Origin: a cyanobacterium endosymbiont of Braarudosphaera bigelowii
GTDB lineage: Bacteria > Cyanobacteriota > Cyanobacteriia > Cyanobacteriales > Microcystaceae
Direction of reading: 5' to 3'
Length of the DNA stretch: 32,000 nt
Assembly: GCF_020885515.1 (NCBI RefSeq)
Contig: NZ_AP024987.1
Span: forward strand, 650,248-682,247
Shown: positions 18,334-28,307 of the stretch, in pieces
Layout: every line of letters begins with the position of its first letter
Position numbering within the stretch: the first letter of the stretch is position 1
The notes under the pieces: generated by a model
What the model was told of the DNA's origin: nothing
Seen by the model: the letters and a program-made list of their open reading frames with translations, nothing else
Database searches by the model: none
Translations under genes and position numbers: made by a program

Positions 18334-18418
18334 AAAAATTTCTCCGTCTTTCTTATAAAAGATAAAGTACAATTTAGAAAAATAATCATTAATATTAATA
18401 ATACGATAATAAAAAATT

Positions 18419-19831
18419 ATGTTTGATGTTCTTAGTGATCGCTTAGAAGAAGCTTGGAAAAAACTACGTGGTCAAGATGCAATAACTCATACAAATATAC
18501 AAGAAACTTTAAAAGAAGTTCGACGTGCTCTTTTAGAAGCAGACGTTAATTTACAGGTAGTCAAAAATTTTATTATAGATGTTGAAAAATCTGCAATCGG
18601 TATAAAAGTCATTGGAGGAGTTAATCCTGGTCAACAGTTTATAAAAGTTGTTTATGAAGAATTAGTAAAAGTTATGGGAGAAAGTGCTTCTCCTCTAGCT
18701 AGAGCAGAAAATAATCCTACAGTTATTTTAATGGTAGGTTTACAAGGAACTGGTAAAACAACTGCGACAGCAAAACTTGCTCACTATCTTAAAAAACAAA
18801 AACAAAGTTGTTTAATGGTTGCTGCAGATATATACCGTCCTGCAGCCATTGATCAATTAAAAACACTAGGAGATCAAATTGAGATTCCAGTTTTTGAATT
18901 AGGTAATCAAGAAAACCCTGTTGATATCGCTATCCAAGGTGTTAATCGAGCAAAAGAAATGGACCTTGATGTAGTTATTATCGACACAGCAGGACGACTA
19001 CAGGTTGATCAAGAAATGATGCTTGAATTGGCTCAAATAAAAGAAAGTATTAATCCTGATGATACTTTACTAGTCGTAGATGCTATGACGGGTCAAGAAG
19101 CGGCTAATCTTGCTCAAGTTTTTCATGAGCAAATTAAAGTAACGGGCACAATATTAACTAAGATGGATGGAGACACCAGAGGTGGAGCAGCCTTATCAGT
19201 TAGGCAGGTTTCAGGACAACCTATAAAGTTTGTTGGTGTTGGTGAAAAAATAGATGCTTTGCAACTTTTTTATCCTGATCGAATGGCTTCTAGGATATTA
19301 AATATGGGAGATATCCTCACATTAGTGGAAAAAGCTCAGGAAGAAATTGATCTTTCTGATATGGAACAACTGCAATCGAAAATTCTAGATGCAAAATTCG
19401 ACTTTAACGATTTTCTTAAACAAACGCGTCTAATGAAAAGCGTGGGATCATTTAGTAGTATTTTAAAAATGGTTCCAGGATTAAATAAAATTAACACCAA
19501 AGACATTGAAAAAGGAGAAAGTGAACTAAAACGTACTGAAGCTATGATCGGTTCTATGACATTGGAGGAACGAAAAAATCCAGATTTATTAGCAAAATCT
19601 CCAAGTCGTAGAAATCGTATTGCTAAAGGTTCAGGACACTCTGAAACTGAAATTAGTAAACTAATCAAAAACTTTACTAGAATGCGTACAATGATGCAAC
19701 AATTAGGAAAAGGTGGAATACCGGGAATGGGGAATGGAATACCAAGTATGGGAGATTTGTTTGGCCAAAAAGGAAACCAAAAGAAAAAAACGAAAAAAGT
19801 GAAAAAGAAAAAGGGTTTTGGAGATCTATAA
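18419..19831 (+). CDS. ffh: Signal recognition particle protein Ffh (SRP54)
   Basis: The 470-aa ORF has an N domain, the GTPase motifs GLQGTGKTT, DTAGR and TKMDGD, a Met-rich M domain and a basic C-terminal tail. Confidence 0.97.
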   Translation: MFDVLSDRLEEAWKKLRGQDAITHTNIQETLKEVRRALLEADVNLQVVKNFIIDVEKSAIGIKVIGGVNPGQQFIKVVYEELVKVMGESASPLARAENNPTVILMVGLQGTGKTTATAKLAHYLKKQKQSCLMVAADIYRPAAIDQLKTLGDQIEIPVFELGNQENPVDIAIQGVNRAKEMDLDVVIIDTAGRLQVDQEMMLELAQIKESINPDDTLLVVDAMTGQEAANLAQVFHEQIKVTGTILTKMDGDTRGGAALSVRQVSGQPIKFVGVGEKIDALQLFYPDRMASRILNMGDILTLVEKAQEEIDLSDMEQLQSKILDAKFDFNDFLKQTRLMKSVGSFSSILKMVPGLNKINTKDIEKGESELKRTEAMIGSMTLEERKNPDLLAKSPSRRNRIAKGSGHSETEISKLIKNFTRMRTMMQQLGKGGIPGMGNGIPSMGDLFGQKGNQKKKTKKVKKKKGFGDL

Positions 19832-19937
19832 ATTTTAGTTTTAGATATGAAGAAGTTCTTAAAATATTTAGTCTTTGATAAAAAAATAAGTTTATTTAAA
19901 AAAACATAGATAACTTAATTAAATATAAAGAGTGCAT

Positions 19938-19958
19938 AATCAATTAAATAAATTGATT
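19938..19958. terminator. Small hairpin between convergent ffh and the hydrolase gene
   Basis: AATCAATT-AAATA-AATTGATT forms an 8-bp perfect stem. It is AT-only, so the evidence is weak. Confidence 0.3.
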
Positions 19959-19964
19959 CCATCA

Positions 19965-20840
19965 TTAAAACTTATGCGTTACAAAAATTCCTAACATTTT
20001 CTCTCCTAAAAGTTCTGGCTGATCTACCATAGACATATGCCCGCAGTTTGGAAGATCAATAACATTTTTACCTTGGAAGCTAAAAAGTTTATGAAAACTA
20101 GCTAAGTATCTTACATATTGAGGTTCGATTAAAGTATCTTGTCTTCCAGCAAAAAAATATACCGGTTGTGCTAGACGTGCAACAATTTGTGGCAATATAT
20201 GGACTTCTGTTTCAGTTGTTGAATTTAATAAAGAGCCTAATGCAGCTATTGAATCAGCTCTCATTAAGTCTGTTACTTTCTGTTTTCCCCACCTACTTGC
20301 TATAGGATCCGTTACCATCATTTTTGAGAAAAGGATGTTAATTAAAGGAACATTTGATAACCAAGGTGGTTTATATTTAACTAATTGTTTTCTAACTAGA
20401 CGAAATCGTTCAAACTCTTCTTTAAGATATATCCCACCACCAACATTTAAGCAAACCACTCCTTGAATTTTTTCTGGACAAAGTTCAGCTCCCCACAATG
20501 CAATACTTCCCCCAATAGAGTGACCTATTAACCAACTTCTATGAATTTTTAATTTTTCTAATAGAATAATTAAATCTTTTGCATAAGTTTCCAGAGCATA
20601 CGGAGAAGATATTTGTAAATTTTGAGATGAAAAACCTTTAATAGGCTGGGAATCTCCAAATCCTCTAATATCATAGATAAGACAAGAATATTTTTTAGAA
20701 AGTCTTTTAATGAGAGGGGACCAATATTGGCGACTTAATAACCAACCATGAACAAAAATTAGAACAGGTGCAGAAGAATTAGAGGGATATGAAGTTAACT
20801 CATAAGTATGAGAAACTCCTAAAATTTTTATAGTTGGCAT
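19965..20840 (-). CDS. Alpha/beta-fold hydrolase
   Basis: The 291-aa ORF has an HGW oxyanion region (FVHGWLLS), a nucleophile elbow GHSIGG and a C-terminal CGHM histidine region. The substrate is unknown. Confidence 0.85.
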   Translation of the reverse strand: MPTIKILGVSHTYELTSYPSNSSAPVLIFVHGWLLSRQYWSPLIKRLSKKYSCLIYDIRGFGDSQPIKGFSSQNLQISSPYALETYAKDLIILLEKLKIHRSWLIGHSIGGSIALWGAELCPEKIQGVVCLNVGGGIYLKEEFERFRLVRKQLVKYKPPWLSNVPLINILFSKMMVTDPIASRWGKQKVTDLMRADSIAALGSLLNSTTETEVHILPQIVARLAQPVYFFAGRQDTLIEPQYVRYLASFHKLFSFQGKNVIDLPNCGHMSMVDQPELLGEKMLGIFVTHKF

Positions 20841-20937
20841 ATTGTGTCTTACCTCATGGGAAGGTCATGATGACATTATTAGTTAAAACCATTTGATGCC
20901 AATAGTCTTATTCAATTGTAATTTATATGGAGTTCTG

Positions 20938-21198
20938 ATGCTTAACTTTATCTCTATGGATCTTAAATCTATTAGCACAAAAATATTACTGATTTTAATT
21001 AGAAATTATAAAACATACATCTCTCCACTTCTGCCTCCTAGTTGTCGATTTCAACCAACATGTTCAGAATATATGTTAGAAGCCATAGAAAGATTTGGAC
21101 CTCTATATGGTACTTTATTAGGGATCAAGAGAATTTTTCGTTGCAACCCTTTTAGTGTCTCAAGATATGATCCTGTACCGCTTAAAGTCAAAAAATAA
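20938..21198 (+). CDS. yidD: Membrane protein insertion efficiency factor YidD
   Basis: Conserved [28 protein letters not shown]...RIFRCNPF. The track start is TTG 20893, but ATG 20938 has GGAG 5 nt upstream and gives a typical length of about 86 aa. Confidence 0.85.
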   Translation: MLNFISMDLKSISTKILLILIRNYKTYISPLLPPSCRFQPTCSEYMLEAIERFGPLYGTLLGIKRIFRCNPFSVSRYDPVPLKVKK

Positions 21199-21288
21199 CT
21201 ATAGAACACATTTGACTAATCTTTAATTACATACTGAGCAATCGATAACTTTATTGATTGTCTTAATAAGTATTTAAGAGATTAAATC

Positions 21289-21322
21289 AAGAAAAGACAA
21301 TATGGTAATATTGTCTTTTCTT
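21289..21322. terminator. Hairpin between convergent yidD and pgsA (possible bidirectional terminator)
   Basis: AAGAAAAGACAATAT-GGTA-ATATTGTCTTTTCTT forms a 15-bp perfect stem. The stem's own 3' arm ends in CTTTTCTT, followed by ATTAGTTTT. Confidence 0.5.
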
Positions 21323-21536
21323 ATTAGTTTTGATAATGGTGTTGTAGGAACAAAACATATTCAATACTTTCTCTAAATTCTTGTTATCAGAATTAGTTTC
21401 ATTTAACATAAACTATACGCTTATATTATCGTTTTTCAATAAAATTATAAATGTTTCTATATAAATCTAAAAGATAAGCATCATAAAGTGATTTATAGTA
21501 TGTTGCCCTACAATTTCGTTTTTATAAAATATAAAA

Positions 21537-22082
21537 TTACATATCTTTAGTTTTATTCTTTTTCAGCCCAATATCAGGAATAACATAAATTAATCCTGAC
21601 ACTAATGTCAAGATTACAGATATCCAAAATAATATATTACTAAAATTATCCCAGTCTTGGGGAAGAGGTGCAATAAGAAAAGCAATAGCTATTACTTGAC
21701 TAAAGGTTTTAAATTTACCCCAAATGTTAGCTTCTTTAGGACCTCTTTTGTTTTTAATACTATTAATTCGATAAAAAGTTATTGCTATCTCTCTAAATAT
21801 TATTAAGATTACTCCCCATATAGAAATTCGTTCTACTATTACTAAGCCTGACAAAGTTGAAATTATAAAAACTTTGTCCACTAAAGGATCAAGAAACTTA
21901 CCTAACTCGGTAACTTGGTTCATTTTTCTAGCTAAATATCCATCTACCCAATCTGTAGAAGCTATAGTAAGAAAAGTTACTAGACTTATCCAACGACTAA
22001 AGAAAACAGGTGTAATTAAAAAATAAAAGAGAAAAAAAACTCCTATTAAACGGCTGACAGTAATCCAATTAGGAATGTTCAT
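21537..22082 (-). CDS. pgsA: CDP-diacylglycerol--glycerol-3-phosphate 3-phosphatidyltransferase
   Basis: It has the CDP-alcohol phosphatidyltransferase motif DWVDGYLARKMNQVTELGKFLDPLVDK. ATG 22082 (MNIPNWITVSRL) is preferred over the track's TTG 22109. Confidence 0.9.
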   Translation of the reverse strand: MNIPNWITVSRLIGVFFLFYFLITPVFFSRWISLVTFLTIASTDWVDGYLARKMNQVTELGKFLDPLVDKVFIISTLSGLVIVERISIWGVILIIFREIAITFYRINSIKNKRGPKEANIWGKFKTFSQVIAIAFLIAPLPQDWDNFSNILFWISVILTLVSGLIYVIPDIGLKKNKTKDM

Positions 22083-22122
22083 TAATAATTTCTTAGAAAT
22101 ACAATACAATTTATCATTTTTA

Positions 22123-23313
22123 TCAAATACCTATTTCTTGTAGCTTATCACGTAACATACTTGCTTCTGTCTGTTTATTTTGTAATTCATACAAGTCTAT
22201 AGCTTTATGAAATGCTTCAGAACTTTTAGAAATTTTCCTTAACTTAAATAAAACTACTCCTAGATTCTGATAGGTTTCAGCACAATTAGGATTTAGAGAA
22301 ATTAGCTTTTCATAGATAATTACAGAATTTGTTAAATTGCCCATAGTGCTTAAAACTATAGCAAGATTATAGTAGCCGGTTAAAAAGCTAGGATCAATTT
22401 TTAAAGTTGTTTCATAAACTCTAGCTGCATCTTTAAAACTTTTTATATTCTGTAATACAACTCCATAATTATTATACGCACCCAGCTTTAAATAATCCAT
22501 AACATCTTGAGCTACTGCCTTTTTATAATGTTTTATAGCTTGTTCGTTATTGTTCGTCTTAGCATATATATTACCTAAGTGATAATGTAGTTCAAATAAT
22601 ATGTGAGCGTTATTTGGGCTAAATTTCAAACCTTGTTTAAATAACTTAATAGCCTGCTTTTCTCTACCCGCTTGAGAATATAAGGCTCCTAACTTACTGC
22701 AAGTATATGAGTCATATGGATATTTTTTTAAAAAACTTTCCATTGCTTCTTTAGCACGAGCATGTTTGCTTAAAGATAGAATTTGACTTGGAGTATAGCC
22801 ATAATGATGGATAGAGACTATAGGAAGATCTACAACTTTCCAACGATTCTCTATTCTTAGTAACTTAGCTACGCTCTCATCTATAGAGGAATGATATGGG
22901 CGAAAAAAGGAAATACTTGAATGCTTACGAAACAGGCGAGAAACTAAAGAATAAGGTGATTGGGACGCTCCCACTTCAAAGCGTACTAAATTAATCACTA
23001 AGTTATCTTTTTGAGCAATGGATTCTTTGATTTGCGGAATAGCTTCTTTGTTCAAAATTTCATCAGCATCAAGAACTAATACCCAATCTTTGTTAACGTA
23101 TTTTAATGCTTCGTTTCGTGCTGCTGAAAAATCGTTATTCCACTCAAAGACAGGAACAGTTGCCCCGAACTTTTGAGCAACTTCTATAGTCTTATCGGTT
23201 GAACCAGTATCTAAAACTATAATTTCATCGACTAGTCCTTTAATACTATCTAGACATTTAGATAACCTTTCTTCCTCATTTTTAACAATCATGCAAAGAC
23301 TAAGTTCTGTCAT
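22123..23313 (-). CDS. Family 2 glycosyltransferase fused to TPR repeats
   Basis: The 396-aa ORF has an N-terminal GT2 domain (CMIVKNEE...VLDTGSTDKT...LVLDADE) and a C-terminal half with several TPR-like repeats. It lies 40 bp upstream of pgsA on the same strand, so the two are possibly co-transcribed. Confidence 0.85.
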   Translation of the reverse strand: MTELSLCMIVKNEEERLSKCLDSIKGLVDEIIVLDTGSTDKTIEVAQKFGATVPVFEWNNDFSAARNEALKYVNKDWVLVLDADEILNKEAIPQIKESIAQKDNLVINLVRFEVGASQSPYSLVSRLFRKHSSISFFRPYHSSIDESVAKLLRIENRWKVVDLPIVSIHHYGYTPSQILSLSKHARAKEAMESFLKKYPYDSYTCSKLGALYSQAGREKQAIKLFKQGLKFSPNNAHILFELHYHLGNIYAKTNNNEQAIKHYKKAVAQDVMDYLKLGAYNNYGVVLQNIKSFKDAARVYETTLKIDPSFLTGYYNLAIVLSTMGNLTNSVIIYEKLISLNPNCAETYQNLGVVLFKLRKISKSSEAFHKAIDLYELQNKQTEASMLRDKLQEIGI

Positions 23314-23512
23314 TTTTAATCTAAAGCTATTTTTTAATCTAATAAATTATTAGAATTCTGCAGTAAAGATCATTCCTTATATAGTATATTGTTAATAACT
23401 TAATATTGTAGTTAATAATATTAATGATGTTCAGTAGAACAGAAACAATTTAATTTCTCAATAGTATAAATTGCTTAGTATTTTAAAGAAGTAAATTTTC
23501 TTTTATAGTTTT

Positions 23513-23556
23513 TGAAATATTAATATTTCACTTATTTTGTTTTAAAAAATATTTCA
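23513..23556. promoter_or_regulatory. Candidate operator: 18-bp perfect palindrome plus a third half-site
   Basis: TGAAATATT|AATATTTCA occupies 23513-23530, and AATATTTCA recurs at 23548-23556. The site lies in the divergent GT2-TPR / tldD promoter spacer. The AT-rich context makes chance occurrence plausible. Confidence 0.25.
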
Positions 23557-23699
23557 AATAAGAGGCATTAGCACAAAGCAATGTATCCTTTTCAAATCTT
23601 TTCTTCTTACTATTTCAACATCTCAAAAATCAATAGTAGACTATTGTATATGAGTATAGTGATAATTCGCTTGCTATTAAAGTTCATATAAATTATCTT

Positions 23700-25169
23700 A
23701 TGTCATTGACTCTATTAACATCAAAGGAAATTCCTCAACTAATTTATCAACCCAACCGTGAGCACTTTGATGAAACTTGGCAAAAACCGTTGAGTATCTT
23801 ACTAGGGTTAGGAAGAGCTGCAGGAGCAGATTTTTTAGAATTTTTTTTAGAAAGGACTAACTATCTAAGTTGCTTAGCAGAAGAGGAAATTATTACAGCT
23901 ATTTCTCCCTCTTTGTCTTCTGGCGCTGGGATACGTATTTTTAAAGGGAAAGCTGATTGCTATGTAAGTACTAATAATATCTCATTTAAAGGCCTCAGAG
24001 TAGCCTTGGAAAAAGGGTTATCTATTTTAGGCTTAAGTTTACCCTCTTCTAATGCTTATGTTTCAGAAGTAAATTTAGAGTTATTAAGAGATTACACTAT
24101 AAGTAAGCAAAAAGAATCATGGCTACTAAAATGTATTCCAGTTGAGGAAATACAACAAATTTTACTTTCAGCAAACCAGGCTATTACTGACAAGGTCAAT
24201 CATATTCAATCTCGTCGTTCTACTTATTTTAGAAATTGGCAAGAAGTTTTAGTTGCTTCTAGTGATGGTACCTTTGCTAGAGATATTCGTCTTACTCAAT
24301 CTGTTGGCTACTCTTTATTTTGTGCAGACAGAGAGCATCGTAGCTCAATAAATAAACGTTTTGGTGATACTAGTAATATTAATTTTTTAAGGGAGTGGAA
24401 TTATGAAAATGCATCAGAGGAAATTGCAGAATCTGCTGGAAGAATGTTACACGCTGATTTTGTTGAATCAGGTAATTATCCTATAGTTATGGCTAATAAG
24501 TTTGGTGGAGTAATTTTCCATGAGGCTTGTGGACATCTTTTGGAAACTACCCAAATAGAAGCTCATACAACTCCTTTTATAGATAAAAAGGGACACAAAA
24601 TTGCTCATGAAAATTTAACGGCTTGGGACGAAGGAGTATCGGATAAAGCTTTTGGAAGTATTGATATGGATGATGAAGGAATGCCTTCTCAAAGAACTCT
24701 TTTAATAGAAAATGGTATTCTAAAAAACTTTTTATCTGATCGTGCTGGTTATCTTCGCACTGGTTTTCCTCGTACAGGTAGTGGAAGACGCCAAAGCTAT
24801 GCCTATGCTCCAGCATCTCGAATGCGTAATACATATATCGCTCCTGGTAATTATTCTACAAATGATATTTTTGCTTCTATAGATAAAGGAATTTACTGTA
24901 AACAAATGGGTGGTGGTAGTGTTGGAGTTACAGGCGAGTTCAATTTTTGCGTTTCTGAAGGATATCTAATTGAAAAAGGAAAATTAACAAAACCTTTGAA
25001 AGGAGCAACTTTAATTGGAATAGCTCAAAATATAATGAACGAAATTTCAATGTGTTCACAAGATTTAGAGTATGCTCCAGGATTTTGTGGTTCTACAAGT
25101 GGTAGTATATATGTCACTGTTGGTCAGCCACACATTAAAGTTGATAAGATTACCGTAGGTGGTCGCTAA
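23700..25169 (+). CDS. tldD: Metalloprotease TldD
   Basis: The 489-aa ORF has the TldD/PmbA fold signature with HEACGHLLE and a glycine-rich C-terminal region ([13 protein letters not shown]). Confidence 0.9.
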   Translation: MSLTLLTSKEIPQLIYQPNREHFDETWQKPLSILLGLGRAAGADFLEFFLERTNYLSCLAEEEIITAISPSLSSGAGIRIFKGKADCYVSTNNISFKGLRVALEKGLSILGLSLPSSNAYVSEVNLELLRDYTISKQKESWLLKCIPVEEIQQILLSANQAITDKVNHIQSRRSTYFRNWQEVLVASSDGTFARDIRLTQSVGYSLFCADREHRSSINKRFGDTSNINFLREWNYENASEEIAESAGRMLHADFVESGNYPIVMANKFGGVIFHEACGHLLETTQIEAHTTPFIDKKGHKIAHENLTAWDEGVSDKAFGSIDMDDEGMPSQRTLLIENGILKNFLSDRAGYLRTGFPRTGSGRRQSYAYAPASRMRNTYIAPGNYSTNDIFASIDKGIYCKQMGGGSVGVTGEFNFCVSEGYLIEKGKLTKPLKGATLIGIAQNIMNEISMCSQDLEYAPGFCGSTSGSIYVTVGQPHIKVDKITVGGR

Positions 25170-25486
25170 CTCTGTAAACTTTAATCAGCATACATCGCAT
25201 AAAACATATTTGTAAAAAGCAATTATCATAATTAAGTATTATTTTAAGTAATCAAACATAATTTATCAGCTGTATGCTTAATTTATTTAAAAAGATAATG
25301 TCTGCAGTAAATATCTTATGTTTATTAATCTACATATTACCGATTTGAATGTTTAACAAGCGTACGTAAGATTAAAAATGTAATCAATAAATATAGTTTA
25401 AAACTATCGAATATCATCAATGATTAAATATTGAATTTTCTAAAAATTAATAACTGAAAAGTGAAATATATTTTAGATTTAAAACT

Positions 25487-26971
25487 ATGAACTCATCTAA
25501 CACCACAAAAATTGAATATGCTGATGTTGTTATTGTCGGCGGTGGTATAGCTGGAATAGCAACTGCAGAATTTTTAGCTCGTCACAGTAATTTATCTATC
25601 AAGCTTTTAGAAAAAGCTTCTCACCTAGGAACTGCATCGTCAGGAAAATTGGAAGGATGGTATCATACCGGAGCACTATATTCTGGACAAGATGATGCAC
25701 AAACATTTATTAACTGTGTAAATGGAGTTGAAGATTTAATTAATTTTTACACCCCATATTTTGTTTCTCAGTGTAATATCAACTTGTCAGAAAGAAAGAC
25801 TGGTTTCTTTACACCTTCAATTATGCCTAGATCAGGCGGTTGGTTTAACAATTCTCCAGTTTATTTAATTCATCCTCAACTTAACTCTCCGGAAATTCAC
25901 CTCTCTCGTCTTAAAAGTGATCTAACACATATTAATAACCAAAAAGAGAGAGTCATAGGGAGACTAGAAGCTGCTTATGGAGAACAGCATAATTGGTTGG
26001 TTGATAACAAATGTACTGCTCCAACCTATGCTCAAGTTGAAAGCAATGAAGGAATAGAATCTTCTTTAAAACAATCAACAGCTACTATTCGCAATCTTTG
26101 TAATAAATTTAACTTGTCCTATGGAATAAACACTAATACTTATGACTATATTAAAACTTTAGATTGTTCTATGAATACCAATAAAATTTTGAGGGATCTA
26201 GTATCTAGTTCTCTTAGGCATGGTGTAGATTTTGAAGCAGGAATTAAAATTGAAAAATTGTCAATTGATAATTATGGCCCTATTCGATTAAAAAGCTTAT
26301 TATGTGAGACTAGAAAAGGATTATTAAAAAAATTTAAGGCGCGATTATTTATTTTTGCTGTTGGTAATGGATTTGAACCTTTCTTACGGGATTTGCAGAT
26401 TAGAGCAAGATTAAAACGTAATAAAAGTGCTATGGTAGTTGCTGTTCCTCCTCTTACTGATGTAAATTTTTTTAGAATGTCTACTAAGAATCATTTTCAT
26501 TTCAATCATTTTTTCCGACAACCAAATACTAGTAGTCAAGCATACTCGATATTAGCCAATTCTGGTTACATTAATAATGAAACAAATTATGAGATCGATA
26601 CTGATCCGATTTTAGAGGCAGCGGAACGTTATTTTGGTAATACGAATTTGTATAATAGAGAATTATATAGCTATGAATGTACGAAAACTGAATTTGTTAG
26701 TGAAGAAGAGCAGAAACGACGTTATAGTTATTGGATTGAATCCAGGCCAAATAGCAACTATATGTGTATCTTACCAGGCAAATTTTCTTTTTTCCCCACT
26801 GTAGCTTACCAAGCTTATCAAAGGATTAGAACCTTATTGGATTTTCAAGAAATAAAACCTCAATTAAAATTTCAATCTACCAATGATATTGAAGTTAAAG
26901 TTAGTAGTTTAGTAGCTAATTCATATTCTTTTCAAATCTCTACAAACAACCATTCCTCTACTATCAAATAG
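25487..26971 (+). CDS. FAD-dependent oxidoreductase (DAO/GlpD-like N-terminus), function unknown
   Basis: The 494-aa ORF has a Rossmann dinucleotide motif DVVIVGGGIAGIATAEFLAR...LLEK. GTASSGKLEGWYHTGALY resembles the GTSSRSxKLxHGGxRY box of GlpD/DAO enzymes. I recognise nothing in the C-terminal 300 aa. Confidence 0.75.
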   Translation: MNSSNTTKIEYADVVIVGGGIAGIATAEFLARHSNLSIKLLEKASHLGTASSGKLEGWYHTGALYSGQDDAQTFINCVNGVEDLINFYTPYFVSQCNINLSERKTGFFTPSIMPRSGGWFNNSPVYLIHPQLNSPEIHLSRLKSDLTHINNQKERVIGRLEAAYGEQHNWLVDNKCTAPTYAQVESNEGIESSLKQSTATIRNLCNKFNLSYGINTNTYDYIKTLDCSMNTNKILRDLVSSSLRHGVDFEAGIKIEKLSIDNYGPIRLKSLLCETRKGLLKKFKARLFIFAVGNGFEPFLRDLQIRARLKRNKSAMVVAVPPLTDVNFFRMSTKNHFHFNHFFRQPNTSSQAYSILANSGYINNETNYEIDTDPILEAAERYFGNTNLYNRELYSYECTKTEFVSEEEQKRRYSYWIESRPNSNYMCILPGKFSFFPTVAYQAYQRIRTLLDFQEIKPQLKFQSTNDIEVKVSSLVANSYSFQISTNNHSSTIK

Positions 26972-27263
26972 TAGTAAAAATAATCTTATAAAGAATTTAT
27001 ATATCAAATTTAAAATACTTTCCCTTTTTTAGGATAAGAAGTAGTATATTTTGGTATTTTCATTATCATATATACAGTACTTAATGTAAATTTGTCATAT
27101 ATGGAACATTAATAACCTAGGGTATACAAAGTATTATTTACTATACTACTAAGTTATTTTTAAATAAGTATTTCTAAATTAGGTATATGAAAGGTATAAC
27201 TTTAATTATTATTTCTTGACTCAAAATTATAGGTTCAATAAATAATTTTTATAGATAATCACT

Positions 27264-28118
27264 ATGATAGACAAAAAAAAATTAAACTCAGGAACTTTAT
27301 ATGTGGTAGGGACACCTATAGGTAATTTAGAAGATATAACATTACGAGCAATTAGGGTTCTAAAATCAGCTGATTTAATTGCAGCGGAAGATACTCGTCA
27401 TACCGCTAAACTTCTAAATTATTTCAAAATAACTACTCCTAAAATTAGTTATCATCAACATAATTATGTAATTCGTCAAGATGAATTAGTAAGTAAATTA
27501 GAACAAGGAAATATAATTGCTTTAGTAAGCGATGCTGGGATGCCAGGTATCTCTGATCCCGGTTATGATTTAATATGCTCATGTATTATTAAGAATATTC
27601 CTGTAGTTCCAGTTCCCGGCCCTACAGCAGTTATTACGGCTCTTATAACTTCAGGATTACCTAGTGATCGTTTTGTTTTTGAGGGTTTCTTACCTATCAA
27701 AGCTCAAGCAAGACAAGAACGACTTAACTTGTTAAAAAAAGAAAGTCGTACAATCATTATTTATGAATCTCCCCATCGCTTGTTAAAAACTTTAATTAAT
27801 TTTATAGAAATATTTGGTGACGATCATAGAATCACTATAGGAAGGGAGTTGACTAAGTATTATGAAGAATTTTGGAGAGGCAATTTAAAAGAAGCTGTAT
27901 TACATTACAAAGAAGTTAAGAATATTAAGGGAGAATTTACATTAGTTTTATCTGGCTGTTCTCAAAATAACTTATTAGATTTAAATATCGAACAGGTAAA
28001 ATGTGAGTTCCTAAAATTATTGGATAAAGGAATGACGAGATCTCAGGCAAGCAAGTATTTAGCTACAACAGTAAATTTTTCTCGTCGTCAAATTTATGAA
28101 ATGTCTTTAAGTGACTAA
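27264..28118 (+). CDS. rsmI: 16S rRNA (cytidine1402-2'-O)-methyltransferase
   Basis: The 284-aa ORF has GTLYVVGTPIGNLEDITLRAIRVLKSADLIAAEDTRHT and SDAGMPGISDPG, typical of RsmI. Confidence 0.92.
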   Translation: MIDKKKLNSGTLYVVGTPIGNLEDITLRAIRVLKSADLIAAEDTRHTAKLLNYFKITTPKISYHQHNYVIRQDELVSKLEQGNIIALVSDAGMPGISDPGYDLICSCIIKNIPVVPVPGPTAVITALITSGLPSDRFVFEGFLPIKAQARQERLNLLKKESRTIIIYESPHRLLKTLINFIEIFGDDHRITIGRELTKYYEEFWRGNLKEAVLHYKEVKNIKGEFTLVLSGCSQNNLLDLNIEQVKCEFLKLLDKGMTRSQASKYLATTVNFSRRQIYEMSLSD

Positions 28119-28307
28119 TACGTATCAATATTTCTATTATGATGATAGTTATAGAAACTAATTATTAATAAAATTTATAAGATTCTAATATGTATAATTT
28201 ATGATAGTTCATATATAGTCTTGTTTTTACAAGAAAATAGAAAAAACTATGATTTATATATCTTCCGAGCTTAAAAAAAAATATCTTCTCCATTAAAGAT
28301 AGGATCG

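Noticed and set aside
25184-25284. Long-range 8-bp complement AGCATACA / TGTATGCT about 85 nt apart downstream of tldD
   Set aside because: It is short and widely spaced, and the flanks pair only partially. This is consistent with chance.
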